Source: Raphidiopsis brookii D9 (GTDB lineage Bacteria > Cyanobacteriota > Cyanobacteriia > Cyanobacteriales > Nostocaceae). From it: a stretch of 32,000 bases of DNA. This document shows, in pieces, positions 1-9,730 of this stretch. The stretch covers positions 79,550 through 111,549 of the forward strand of contig ACYB01000029.1 of the NCBI GenBank assembly GCA_000175855.1, in the 5' to 3' direction. The position numbers and the translations under genes are program-made. Numbering within the stretch: the stretch's first letter is position 1; every line of letters starts with the position of its first letter. The notes beneath the pieces are model-generated. The model ran no database searches. It saw only the letters and a program-made list of their open reading frames with translations, and was not told where the DNA came from.

Positions 1-415
1 TAATGATTTCATTTTTAGCATCTGTAAGAATAACATTACTGTACTTACCCATAATTTCCACATACAAATGATAAAGGGGAGCTTCTCCTGGACGACGGGC
101 AAATTTTAGGTCTATTACCCTTTCCCAAGGGGCGATAAAGTCCATAGCTACTAGTGCTAGACCCCCTAATTGATGTACAAGCTGGTGGCTAAAGGTAAAA
201 GTATCGGGAATACGTGGCGGTGGTTCGCCGATGCAAATACGCGTAGCTTGCGGATGCCATGATATATCTAGCCAGTCCCGCTTTTTCATGGTCCGCAGGC
301 CTAAAGATATAGTGTAGCGATCGCGCTGGTAGACTTGTTCAGTGCGCGCTGGTAGCCAGTTAGTCCGGAGTTGGCTGCAGATGGCGGTGAGGGTAGTGAA
401 GTCGAGGGGTTGCAA
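1..415 (-). CDS. rqcH: NFACT/RqcH-family protein (fibronectin-binding protein A-like N-terminal domain), 5' part only; continues past the left edge
   Basis: Absent from the ORF track because it starts at TTG (415) and is cut at position 1. My minus-strand translation: (M)QPLDFTTLTAICSQLRTNWLPARTEQVYQRDRYTISLGLRTMKKRDWLDISWHPQATRICIGEPPPRIPDTFTFSHQLVHQLGGLALVAMDFIAPWERVIDLKFARRPGEAPLYHLYVEIMGKYSNVILTDAKNEII. This is the typical NFACT-N pattern (..W.P...RI......P........F...LR..L......I....ERV..L.F.......L..E.MG+.SN.IL.D). Confidence 0.8.
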   Translation of the reverse strand, partial: MQPLDFTTLTAICSQLRTNWLPARTEQVYQRDRYTISLGLRTMKKRDWLDISWHPQATRICIGEPPPRIPDTFTFSHQLVHQLGGLALVAMDFIAPWERVIDLKFARRPGEAPLYHLYVEIMGKYSNVILTDAKNEII

Positions 416-452
416 GATAGTTAGAGAAGGTGCGGGAGAAACTGGATAAGGA

Positions 453-725
453 TTATTCCCAGGGTGAGGGAATAGCAGTAGTGGATAAGATTTTACTGGC
501 CATCAGTCTAATTCCAGTCTTACCACAATTAGGACAGGGTACTTCTAAGAACTGTGAGGATGTGATATCCACCTCACTCAAAATCCCTTGTTTACAATGC
601 CAGCATTCAAATATGACCCTACTAACCGGTTGGTTACAATCCAGTACTTTAATATGTTGTGAAGGGGTTGGCTGGTTTGATATCTTTCTCGGCTTAGGCA
701 GTTGTCTGATTTCTCGAGTTTCCAT
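453..725 (-). CDS. hypothetical small zinc-ribbon protein (90 aa)
   Basis: The ORF contains CWHC-x19-CPNC (FECWHCKQGILSEVDITSSQFLEVPCPNCGKTG), a classic four-Cys zinc ribbon. It lies co-directionally between rbp and the rqcH-like gene. The overlapping plus-strand ORF 430..777 looks like an antisense shadow. No family assignment is possible from sequence alone. Confidence 0.5.
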   Translation of the reverse strand: METREIRQLPKPRKISNQPTPSQHIKVLDCNQPVSRVIFECWHCKQGILSEVDITSSQFLEVPCPNCGKTGIRLMASKILSTTAIPSPWE

Positions 726-815
726 GTTTTTGTTCTTGCTATACCGTAACTGGTACTTAGCGTACCAATGTAATTAACTCCTTTGACAATCCTCCCCATT
801 TCCCAAGGATCAATG

Positions 816-1307
816 TTATGGAGCAGTAGCAGTTAACCTCTGCTTAATTTCTGTCAGCTCCTTAGCCCAACGAGGATCGGGACGAATTGCATCCGTGTCA
901 GCGGATACTGTTATCTCCACAGGTGAACCGCCACGCTTAGATTTTTTAGAACCCTTATCACGACGACTCTGTTTGTTGGGGCTGGGAGTTGGTGCAGGCG
1001 TACTAGAAGTTTGCAGAACTGGTTTGGGAGTTTGTTCTTCGCCTTCTTCACCTTTTGTTCTAGGTAATGCTTTTTCCAGTTTAATGGCCGCATCCCTGAA
1101 CAACTGACCATTATATTTTTCAATAATTTGGTCTGCTTGATCGTCATTGTTAACTGTCAAGAAGCCAAAACCACGACATTTACCTGTTTTTCTGTCTTTT
1201 ATTAGTTTGGTGGTAACTGCATCACCCTCAGCAGCAAATACAGCTTGCAACTCTTGACGGTCAATTTCTTCTTTGGGTAAATTACCTATATACAGACGAA
1301 CGGACAT
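816..1307 (-). CDS. RRM-type RNA-binding protein with a Lys/Pro/Ser-rich (not Gly-rich) C-terminal tail
   Basis: RNP2 LYIGNL and RNP1 CRGFGFLTV motifs sit in the first ~85 aa. A GGAGG Shine-Dalgarno lies 8 nt upstream of the ATG (complement of 1316-1320). Confidence 0.9.
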   Translation of the reverse strand: MSVRLYIGNLPKEEIDRQELQAVFAAEGDAVTTKLIKDRKTGKCRGFGFLTVNNDDQADQIIEKYNGQLFRDAAIKLEKALPRTKGEEGEEQTPKPVLQTSSTPAPTPSPNKQSRRDKGSKKSKRGGSPVEITVSADTDAIRPDPRWAKELTEIKQRLTATAP

Positions 1308-1870
1308 GAATTTTTCCTCCGAGGTTTACATGAAAGTGAGAATAGAAAAACATTGACTTTTGGCTCTTACATAGGCTCTTATATAAATGCTACTAATAAA
1401 ATCGCCACAAACCAATTTTTTTAATCCCATCTGTTAAACTATAGTTTTAGTTTCAAACGAAATGAATACATGCTGGATATATGGTCAATATACCATATAT
1501 TAATCTCTCAGGGCTTGATAATTGTGTGGGGTGGGTGACGCGTCTTTTTGCCTTATGACTCGTGCTTACCACTAGGATCTACCATACCATAATCTTGATT
1601 ACTGGTAACACTAGATCTTAAATTCTATCGATAACAGGTTCTATTAGGAGAATGTAATCGCCCTTGTGCAGTATAGCTAAAACAGTTGACCAAATAGGGT
1701 ATTAACCAAAGGTAATATTACCATATTTTCAACATAGTTTGTCCCACACGCAAAAAAGTATCAGTTGGTAGCCTCGCATTTTAAAACAGGTTTACATCTT
1801 TTAAGTATCCATTTTGATTGCGCCAAAACAAAACTGTAGCAAGTTGGTAGCAACAAGCTTGTGTCTGCTT

Positions 1871-3505
1871 CTAATTAATCCCGGTTTCTTTAGACCAGGG
1901 AGAAGTAAGTGGTGCAATTGAGCTGAGTTTTAACTCCGGATGGTCTCCTTGTAATTGTTGACAGTTCCACTCATTACGGAATAGTAAAACAGGTCTTCCC
2001 ATAGAATCCTTTACCGTAATAGTATTAAATAAACGTCCTACTTTATTCAAAGTATGCCAACCACCATCTACCCATCGAGCTACGGTATATGGCAATAGGT
2101 CTAGGATCGTTTCCACACCATACTCATTTTGTAGTCGGAACTGAACAACCTCAAATTGTAACTGACCAACTGCTGCCAAAATCGGATCTCGTTTAGCTTC
2201 ATCCGTTGAATACATAATTTGTACAGCACCTTCTTCTCTTAATTCAGAAACACCTTTTTGAAATTGCTTGAATTTTGATGGGTTAGGATTTCTTAAGGTG
2301 GCAAAAAGTTCTGGAGAAAAATAGGGAATTCCCTCATATTCTAGCTTTTGTCCCGTATAAATTGTATCTCCAATAGCAAACACACCGGGGTTATTTAACC
2401 CAATCACATCACCCGGATAAGCCACATCTATAGATTCTCTTTCCTGGGCAAAAAGTTTCTGAGGTCGAGATAGACGAACTGCTTTACCTGTGCGAGCATG
2501 ATTGACTGTCATATCTTTTTCAAATTTGCCTGTGCAAACCCGGACAAAAGCAACTCTATCTCTATGTTTAGGGTCCATATTGGCTTGCAGTTTAAATACA
2601 AAACCCGTAAACTCCGGGTAAGTTGGTGCAATCTTACCTGCGCTGCTGTGATGATCTCCAGGTTTGAGGGCATATTCTAAAAAGCATTTAAGAAACAACT
2701 CCACCCCGAAATTAGTCATAGCACTGCCAAAAAATATGGGGGTCATTTTTCCCTGGTGGACTAAATCTAAATCCAGTTGTTCACCAGCACCTTCCAGCAA
2801 TTCTAACTCATCCTTGAGTTGGTGGTAAAGATCCTGATCTAACAATTCTTGAATTTTAGCATCTCCCAGATTGACCATTGTACTGCGAGCTTCCTTACTT
2901 CCGTGGGCGCTCCTTTCAAATAGATGGATCTGGTTATGGTTACGGTCAAATACCCCTTTAAATCTATCTCCCATACCTATAGGCCAGTTTACGGCGTATG
3001 TCTGTAAACCTAGTTCCTGTTCAATTTCATCCAATAACTCTAGAGGTTCTCTCCCAGGACGGTCAAGTTTATTAACAAAGGTAAATATAGGAATACCCCT
3101 TAATTTGCATACTTCAAACAGTTTACGAGTTTGAGGTTCCAGACCCTTAGCAGCATCAATTAACATCACCGCATTATCAGCTGCTGCTAAAGTTCTATAA
3201 GTGTCCTCACTAAAATCTTGGTGTCCAGGGGTATCCAGCAAATTAATTTGACAGCTATGATAGACAAATTGCAAAACTGTAGAGGTAATAGAAATACCCC
3301 GTTGTTGTTCCATAGCCATCCAGTCAGAAGTCACCTTACGTTGGTCTCTTCGAGCTTTAACCGCTCCAGCTTCATGAATGGCACCCCCGTATAATAATAG
3401 TTTTTCTGTCAGAGTAGTTTTACCAGCATCCGGGTGAGAAATAATGGCAAAATTGCGCCGTTGTTCTACTGCTTGACTCAGTTCTTCGGTTAGTTCAATT
3501 GTCAT
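1871..3505 (-). CDS. prfC: peptide chain release factor 3 (RF3 GTPase)
   Basis: G motifs [17 protein letters not shown] and NKLD are present, with full-length RF3-like sequence. I trimmed the track ORF (to 3634) to the ATG at 3505 ([31 protein letters not shown]). The 43-aa extension is not RF3-like and would overlap the GNAT gene. Confidence 0.95.
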   Translation of the reverse strand: MTIELTEELSQAVEQRRNFAIISHPDAGKTTLTEKLLLYGGAIHEAGAVKARRDQRKVTSDWMAMEQQRGISITSTVLQFVYHSCQINLLDTPGHQDFSEDTYRTLAAADNAVMLIDAAKGLEPQTRKLFEVCKLRGIPIFTFVNKLDRPGREPLELLDEIEQELGLQTYAVNWPIGMGDRFKGVFDRNHNQIHLFERSAHGSKEARSTMVNLGDAKIQELLDQDLYHQLKDELELLEGAGEQLDLDLVHQGKMTPIFFGSAMTNFGVELFLKCFLEYALKPGDHHSSAGKIAPTYPEFTGFVFKLQANMDPKHRDRVAFVRVCTGKFEKDMTVNHARTGKAVRLSRPQKLFAQERESIDVAYPGDVIGLNNPGVFAIGDTIYTGQKLEYEGIPYFSPELFATLRNPNPSKFKQFQKGVSELREEGAVQIMYSTDEAKRDPILAAVGQLQFEVVQFRLQNEYGVETILDLLPYTVARWVDGGWHTLNKVGRLFNTITVKDSMGRPVLLFRNEWNCQQLQGDHPELKLSSIAPLTSPWSKETGIN

Positions 3506-3551
3506 AGTTTCATAGTTATAGTTATTAGTAAGCTTAACTTGAGATATTATT

Positions 3552-4106
3552 TTACCTAAGACGTTTATGCAAAAAAAACTGTCGAGAGGGGAAGAAAAAA
3601 TCCTGCCAACTGGACTCCACCCTATAGATTTCATATCCCAACTTTAAGTATAGCTTCCTAGCTTGATCATTTTTTTCCAAAACATGAAGATAAATGTCTT
3701 GAAATCCCCAGGTTTTACACACTTGTTCACAACTGATTAGTAAACTAGATGCCAAACCATATCTCCGATATCTTGGAGCAACAGCCAAGTTAGACACATA
3801 GGGCAATAATCTGCTGTAACTTGTCCAACTATGGATAGATCTCACTCCCAGTTCCACTGTACCAAGAACTTTACAATTGCCCGATTGGCTCGTATGGACA
3901 GCGACTAAACAAGTCTGGTGAGGCATTAATGTTTGGAGACGATATTTGAGATCTTCATAAATGCCAATTCTAAACAATGGGAAGGCCCATCCCCATAAAC
4001 CATTCTGGGAATAAAAGCTTTCGGTTATTATTTGGGCAATTCCAGACAAATCACTGGAAGTGGCCACACGAACTTGCCAATCACAAGCATTTAAACTCAC
4101 AAGCAT
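3552..4106 (-). CDS. GNAT-family N-acetyltransferase
   Basis: 184 aa with an acetyl-CoA-binding-type segment ([18 protein letters not shown]) and a GNAT beta-bulge region ([21 protein letters not shown]). Confidence 0.85.
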   Translation of the reverse strand: MLVSLNACDWQVRVATSSDLSGIAQIITESFYSQNGLWGWAFPLFRIGIYEDLKYRLQTLMPHQTCLVAVHTSQSGNCKVLGTVELGVRSIHSWTSYSRLLPYVSNLAVAPRYRRYGLASSLLISCEQVCKTWGFQDIYLHVLEKNDQARKLYLKLGYEIYRVESSWQDFFFPSRQFFLHKRLR

Positions 4107-4155
4107 TTAAGAGAGATGTCATTGTATTATCAATGTTGTTGAGATTCCCGGGAAC

Positions 4156-5042
4156 ATGAGCCAATTAAAATATTGTCAGCAATTGTTTGTTAGTTCACAG
4201 TGGTTATTTGGTAATATTACTAATTCAGATAATAACACACAGGATGATTCGTGTATAGTAGTGGTGGATTGTCGATTTTCCCTGGCTGATCCTTTATGGG
4301 GAAGGAATCAATACCAGATGGGCCACATACCAGGCGCTTACTACTTAGATTTAAACCAAGATCTGTCCGGTGTAGTTGGTCAACATGGAGGAAGACACCC
4401 TTTACCAGATGTGTCTATTTTAGCTGATAAGCTGGCACAAATGGGGATTAATCATGGGCAATCTTTGGTAGTCGCTTATGATGATTCTCGATTGGCATTT
4501 GCATCTCGATTATGGTGGCTATTACGTTACTTAGGCCACGAAAATGTAGCCGTTTTGGATGGCGGTTTTTCCGGATGGCAAAGTTTAGGTTACCCCGTCT
4601 CTAATATACCATCTACCATACCGGGAAAGAGGGAAATTTTACTCCCCACCTACAAGCAACAAAAATTGTGGATTTTAATTATGTTAAACATTATGTAGAA
4701 CAAATTAATCAGTCTACACTAACAGAAAACAAACCAGTTCTAATAGACGCAAGGGAAGGCGATCGCTATCGTGGGGAAAGGGAACCCATTGATGCAATTG
4801 CTGGTCATATTCCAGGTGCTATAAATTACCCTTGGCAAGGGGTAACAAATGCCCAGGGCTATTTACTATCAGATCAAGGAGAAAGATGGCAAGCAATAGC
4901 AAATAGTCCAGAAATCATTGTTTATTGTGGTTCTGGTGTCACTGCTTGTGTTAATTTGCTATCCTTGGAAATAGCGGGAATTTCCACTGCTAAACTTTAT
5001 CCTGGTAGTTGGAGTGATTGGATTAGTTATCAGACAAACAAC
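4156..5042 (+). pseudogene. two-domain rhodanese / 3-mercaptopyruvate-type sulfurtransferase, reading frame broken between the domains and lacking its own stop codon
   Basis: Domain 1 is in frame 1 (4156..4698, ends IMLNIM*). Domain 2, with catalytic loop CGSGVTA, is in the -1 frame, which is open from 4605. One extra G in GGG 4623-4625 restores ..[25 protein letters not shown]... The domain-2 frame runs without a stop into hisC. This could be a real pseudogene, a base-calling error or a -1 frameshift site. Confidence 0.75.
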
Positions 5043-6164
5043 ATGTTTTCTTTTATTCGCCCGGATTTATCCGAATTTACATCTTATAAACCTCACCCCA
5101 GTAGTGATACGTTAGAACCAGTAAACACTGAGCTAGATAGGCTTGATACTAATGAGAGTCCTTATGATTTGCCACAGGAAATTAAGAAAAAACTAGCTGA
5201 GACTTTTCAACACACTATAGAGTCTAATCGCTATCCCGATGGTGGGCACGAAGCACTAAAAGCGGAAATAGCTCAATATGTGAGTGAATCCGCTGGTCTA
5301 TCTTCTGATTCTTTCAGTGCTGTTAACATTTCCGTCGGTAATGGTTCGGATGAGTTAATTCGTTCCCTCTTAATTTCCACCTGTTTGGGAGGAGCAGGTT
5401 CTATTTTAGTTGCCAATCCCACTTTCTCCATGTACGCTATCCTGGCACAAACCTTGGGTATTCCCGTGGTCAGTGTGGGTAGGAATCATGGTCACTTTGA
5501 AATGGAACTAGATGCTGCTCAAACAGCTTTAAAAGAAGCAAATCCCCCTGTGCGGGCGGTTTTTGTTGTCCATCCTAACTCTCCTACCGCTAACTGCTTG
5601 ACCGTATCAGAGTTAAATTGGTTGCAAGGTTTACCACTGGACATATTAGTGGTTATTGATGAGGCTTATTTTGAATTCAGTCAAAACACTCTGGTAGAAA
5701 GATTAATCAAACATCCTAATTGGGTGATTTTACGGACATTTTCCAAAGCTTTTCGACTGGCCGCCATGCGGGTAGGTTATTGTGTGGGTCATCCCCAGGT
5801 AATTTCTATTTTAGAAAAGGTTCGTCTACCCTATAATTTACCGAGTTTTTCCCTAGTTGGTGCTTTGGTGGCACTACAGAATCGTCAAGTTTTACTGAGT
5901 TCTATCGCTGAAACTCTCACAGAAAGAGATAAATTGATTCAAGATTTATCCACACACCCCATTTTAGAGGTGGTTCCCAGTAATACTAATTTTATTTATG
6001 TTCGGTTAAAACACAATCATTCCCATGATGGAGTGTTAAAAAACATCAGTCAGAAATTAAGGAGCGAAGGTACTCTAATTAGACTATTACCTGGTGGATT
6101 ACGAATCACCATAGGAACACCCGAGGAAAATGCCCGCACATTGAAGAGACTTGGACAAATCTGA
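5043..6164 (+). CDS. hisC: histidinol-phosphate aminotransferase
   Basis: [18 protein letters not shown].. is a HisC-type N-terminus. The PLP-lysine motif [15 protein letters not shown] is present and the length from the ATG at 5043 is 374 aa. The track ORF 4668..6164 is this gene plus the upstream in-frame rhodanese domain. Confidence 0.85.
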   Translation: MFSFIRPDLSEFTSYKPHPSSDTLEPVNTELDRLDTNESPYDLPQEIKKKLAETFQHTIESNRYPDGGHEALKAEIAQYVSESAGLSSDSFSAVNISVGNGSDELIRSLLISTCLGGAGSILVANPTFSMYAILAQTLGIPVVSVGRNHGHFEMELDAAQTALKEANPPVRAVFVVHPNSPTANCLTVSELNWLQGLPLDILVVIDEAYFEFSQNTLVERLIKHPNWVILRTFSKAFRLAAMRVGYCVGHPQVISILEKVRLPYNLPSFSLVGALVALQNRQVLLSSIAETLTERDKLIQDLSTHPILEVVPSNTNFIYVRLKHNHSHDGVLKNISQKLRSEGTLIRLLPGGLRITIGTPEENARTLKRLGQI

Positions 6165-6174
6165 GAGGAAAAAT

Positions 6175-7064
6175 ATGGATTTTCTTCCCCAGGTCACAAA
6201 AGATGGTTCCCTCACTTTTTTCTCTGAAGAGTTTCAGGAGTCTTTCCACAGTCTTTATGGTGCTAAACAGGAGAGTTTTCTCAAATTTGTGATTCCCACC
6301 CAAGTACCCCTATTCGCCCAAACAGGAATATTAAAATTTTAGATGTTTGCTACGGATTAGGGTACAACACCGCCGTAGCATTAGAATCCATTCGGGGAGA
6401 AAATGCCAATTGTCGGGTAGAGATTATAGGTTTAGAATCCGATCCTCTGGTTCCCCAATCCGCAATTTGTCACAATGTTTTTGCCGATTGGCATCAAGAG
6501 TATAAACTAATTTTGAAGGAAATTGCTTTTAAACACTGTTATCAAGATGATAATTTGAGTGTTAGACTAATTATAAATGACGCGAGAAAATCCATTCAGG
6601 AGATATTGTCCTCTGGTTTTTTAGCAGATGTGATTTTTCTAGATCCTTTTTCTCCACCCCATTGTCCCCAACTATGGACTGTAGAGTTTATTGAACAGAT
6701 TGCTCTTTGTTTGCAACCAGGTGGACTGCTGGCAACTTACTCGTGTGCTGCTGCTGTCCGCACAGCTTTAATTTCTGCTGGGTTGATAATTGGCTCTACC
6801 ACTCCTGTGGGAAGACGCACTCCAGGAACCATTGCTGGTTATGCTCCACACCAGCATAAGTATATCACAGAAACTTATCCCCTGGGTGCAGCAGAAATAG
6901 AACACTTAAAAACCCGTGCGGCCATTCCCTATCGTGACCCTCAACTTCAAGATGAAGCTCCTAATATCATGAAACGACGAGAACAGGAAGTTCTCACATC
7001 TACCCTAGAATCTACTTCTCAGTGGAGAAAAAGATGGCTGACAAATAACACCCCAACTCAATAA
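6175..7064 (+). pseudogene. MnmD/MnmC-C-terminal-like SAM-dependent tRNA methyltransferase (DUF752 type), frame broken
   Basis: The N-terminal part MDFLPQVTKDGSLTFFSEEFQESFHSLYGAKQESFLKFVIPTQ (frame 1) stops at 6340-6342. The family motif ..IKILDVCYGLGYNTAVALESI.. and the remainder (..FLDPFSPPHCPQLWTVEF..) continue in the -1 frame, open from 6267 to 7064. One extra A in AAA 6320-6322 or AAAA 6333-6336 restores a single ORF. The family name is from memory of the N-terminal signature. Confidence 0.7.
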
Positions 7065-7128
7065 AAGATAAAACCATTTAAGTCTACATTTAAACCTCTA
7101 CTTAAACTCAGTTAAAACTTGACAATTC

Positions 7129-9573
7129 ATGATAGCAACGGAAACCTTAGAATTATTAGAATGGCCTCGACTTTGTCAACATCTTTCTAGCTTTGCTACA
7201 ACTAAGTTAGGTACAATAGTTGCTCGTTCCTTACCAATTCCATCCACACTAGAGGAAAGTGAAGGGTTATTGTGCCAAACCAAGGAGGTGTATCAGTTAG
7301 AAAGCCAACTGATTTCAGGATTATCTTTTGAGGGAATTCAAGATATTGGTGATTCCCTAGAAAGAGCTGAACTTCATGGTCTGCTATCAAGTGAAGAACT
7401 GTTGGCTATAGCTACCACCTTAGCAGGAGCGAGAAATTTACGTCGAGTAATTGATAATCAGGAAGATTTACCCATTCTCTGTGATTTGGTCTCCCAATTG
7501 CGAACCTATCCTGAGTTAGAGCAGGAAGTCCATCATTGTATTGATGAGCGGGCCCAGATTGCAGACCGCGCTAGTCAAAAATTGTCCGAAATTCGTGAGG
7601 ATTTACGTAAATTACGTAGTCAAATTACCCAGAAACTCCATAATATTATTCAAGTTAAGTCCAACGCTCTACAGGAACTGATTATTACTCAAAGAGGTGA
7701 TCGCTATGTATTACCTGTTAAAGCACCACAAAAAGATGCAGTTCCCGGGATTGTTCACGACTCTTCTACTAGTGGTGCTACCTTATATATTGAGCCCAAT
7801 AGTATTGTTTCTATGGGCAACCAATTGCGTCAAACCTTAAAACGAGAACAGGTAGAAATAGAAGCCATACTGAGAATATTAACTACAAAAGTAGCAGAAG
7901 TAAAACCGGATCTAGAAAAGTTACTAGCCATTGTCACCACCATAGATGTAGCTGCAGCTAAAGCTAGATATAGTCTTTGGATAGAGGGTAATCCACCTCG
8001 ATTGATTCACCCTTCCATACCAGGTTCATCTTCCCAAATTATCACTCTGCGGCAATTACGCCATCCCTTGTTAGTTTGGCAACAAAAACACGAACAGGGA
8101 CATCCAGTGGTTCCAGTAGACTTACTAATTAGTCCCCATATTAAAGTTGTCACCATGACTGGACCAAATACCGGTGGTAAAACTGTTACCTTGAAAACTC
8201 TAGGTTTGGCCGCATTAATGGCTAAAGTAGGTTTATTTATTCCCGCACGTGAACCGGTGGAAATACCTTGGTTTAGTCAGGTTTTAGCTGATATTGGGGA
8301 TGAACAGTCCTTGGCACAAAGCTTATCCACCTTTTCCGGTCATATTCGTCGCATTAGTCGCATTTTAAATGCTATTGGCGAGGAAATCCAGTCCTCACCC
8401 TACCAAACCAGTCATTCCCTGATTCTTTTGGACGAAGTAGGCGCAGGTACAGATCCAGCGGAAGGTAGCGCCCTGGCGATCGCACTGTTGAAATATCTTG
8501 GAGATCATGCTCAATTAACCATTGCCACCACGCACTTTGGGGAATTAAAATCCTTAAAATATGAGGATATTCGCTTTGAAAATGCCTCAGTAGAATTTAA
8601 TGAAACCACCCTTTCCCCCACCTACAGATTATTGTGGGGGATTCCGGGACGTTCTAATGCGCTGGCCATAGCTTTGCGGTTGGGATTAAAACCAGAAGTA
8701 GTGGAGAATGCTAAAAGCCAATTAGGAGGAACAACGGATGAAGTTAATCAAGTAATTGCAGGACTAGAAGCTCAAAGACGGAGTCAGGAAACAAAAGCTG
8801 CAGCGGCCCAGGAACTACTCAAGCAGACAGAAAAATTATACAAAGAAGTTTCCCAGCGAGCCACAGCGTTAGAAGAAAGGGAAAAAGATCTGCGAGCTTC
8901 CCAAGAGATAGCGGTACAGAAAGCCATTACTCAAGCTAAGGGAGAAATTGCCCAGGTAATTCGCCAGCTCCAACAAGGTAAACCCACGGCTCAAGATGCA
9001 CAAAAAGCAACTAAGTTACTAACTGAAATTGCGGATAAATACCAACCAGCAGCTCCCCCAAAAGTGAAACAAGGATTTATCCCCGAACCTGGTGAAAGGG
9101 TGCGCATACCTAAATTAGGGCAAACTGCCCAGGTAATATCTGCTGCGGATGGAAATGGGGAGTTGACAGTGCGATTTGGAATGATGAAAATGACGGTAAA
9201 CCTGGAGGATGTGGAATCCCTAGATGGGGAAAAACCATTAGTACCCAGCAAAACCAAAGCCCCCCTTGCTGGAGTTTCTGGGCAAAAACAAGAGCTTATA
9301 GCAGCATCATTACCCTCAACTGAGAATTTGGAGATGCGCACATCCAAAAATACTGTTGATTTACGCGGAAAAAGGGTAGCAGATGCTGAATATATCCTAG
9401 ACCAAGTTATTTCCCAAGCAGCAGGACCAGTATGGATTATTCATGGATATGGAACTGGTAAACTCAAACAAGGAGTTCATGAGTTCTTGCAACAGCACCC
9501 GAGGGTCAGTCATTATGAAGCAGCATCCCGGGTGGACGGTGGTACTGGTGTAACTATCGCCCATATCAAATAG
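7129..9573 (+). CDS. mutS2: endonuclease MutS2 (MutS-II ATPase with C-terminal Smr domain)
   Basis: Walker A MTGPNTGGKTVTLKT, Walker B LILLDEVGAGTDP, a long coiled-coil region and a C-terminal Smr (VDLRGKRVADAE...IHGYGTGKLKQGV). Confidence 0.95.
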   Translation: MIATETLELLEWPRLCQHLSSFATTKLGTIVARSLPIPSTLEESEGLLCQTKEVYQLESQLISGLSFEGIQDIGDSLERAELHGLLSSEELLAIATTLAGARNLRRVIDNQEDLPILCDLVSQLRTYPELEQEVHHCIDERAQIADRASQKLSEIREDLRKLRSQITQKLHNIIQVKSNALQELIITQRGDRYVLPVKAPQKDAVPGIVHDSSTSGATLYIEPNSIVSMGNQLRQTLKREQVEIEAILRILTTKVAEVKPDLEKLLAIVTTIDVAAAKARYSLWIEGNPPRLIHPSIPGSSSQIITLRQLRHPLLVWQQKHEQGHPVVPVDLLISPHIKVVTMTGPNTGGKTVTLKTLGLAALMAKVGLFIPAREPVEIPWFSQVLADIGDEQSLAQSLSTFSGHIRRISRILNAIGEEIQSSPYQTSHSLILLDEVGAGTDPAEGSALAIALLKYLGDHAQLTIATTHFGELKSLKYEDIRFENASVEFNETTLSPTYRLLWGIPGRSNALAIALRLGLKPEVVENAKSQLGGTTDEVNQVIAGLEAQRRSQETKAAAAQELLKQTEKLYKEVSQRATALEEREKDLRASQEIAVQKAITQAKGEIAQVIRQLQQGKPTAQDAQKATKLLTEIADKYQPAAPPKVKQGFIPEPGERVRIPKLGQTAQVISAADGNGELTVRFGMMKMTVNLEDVESLDGEKPLVPSKTKAPLAGVSGQKQELIAASLPSTENLEMRTSKNTVDLRGKRVADAEYILDQVISQAAGPVWIIHGYGTGKLKQGVHEFLQQHPRVSHYEAASRVDGGTGVTIAHIK

Positions 9574-9730
9574 GCAAAACTTAACAACTTCTTATAATTA
9601 AGACAATAAATTTTCATTTCCCATAAAACTAAGACTTATTCTCTTGTTTAAACTGGGTAGTTGAGTCAACCAAAACCAAATCAATCTTTGTTGTTGTCAT
9701 GCTTGATAGCTTTTATTTACCGGATCACCT

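Noticed and set aside
430-777. 115-aa plus-strand ORF overlapping the zinc-ribbon ORF
   Set aside because: The sequence is Cys/Leu/Ser-rich and low-information with no recognisable motif. It is the antisense shadow of the minus-strand ORF, which has a clean CxxC-x19-CxxC ribbon and fits the local minus-strand gene order.
1755-1800. tRNA-like D-arm string TCAGTTGGTAGC (also GTTGGTAGCAAC at ~1843)
   Set aside because: There is no acceptor stem, anticodon arm or GTTCRANNC T-arm around either occurrence, so it is not a tRNA gene.
3506-3634. 43-codon N-terminal extension of prfC in the ORF track
   Set aside because: The conserved RF3 N-terminus begins at the ATG at 3505. The extension ([15 protein letters not shown]..) is not RF3-like and overlaps the 3' end of the GNAT gene.
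6151-6174. TTG-initiated extension of the mnmD-like ORF overlapping the hisC stop
   Set aside because: The family signature starts at MDFLPQ.. (ATG 6175), and nothing supports the 8 extra codons.
8991-9347. 118-aa minus-strand ORF inside mutS2
   Set aside because: It lies fully inside a well-supported gene on the opposite strand and has no motifs, so it is a typical shadow ORF. The same applies to the other internal antisense ORFs in the track: 895..1107, 911..1147, 2498..2680, 2871..3134, 7202..7390, 10748..10966, 11021..11242, 11255..11515, 11895..12302, 16292..16558, 16868..17116, 19058..19246, 20545..20760, 24440..24646, 25540..25875 and 30530..30981.
1-9573. rqcH-like, prfC and mutS2 within 10 kb as a possible ribosome-rescue/quality-control cluster
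   Set aside because: The genes are on different strands and separated by unrelated genes (rbp, GNAT, sulfurtransferase, hisC, mnmD-like), with no operon structure. All are common core genes, so the proximity is most likely coincidental.
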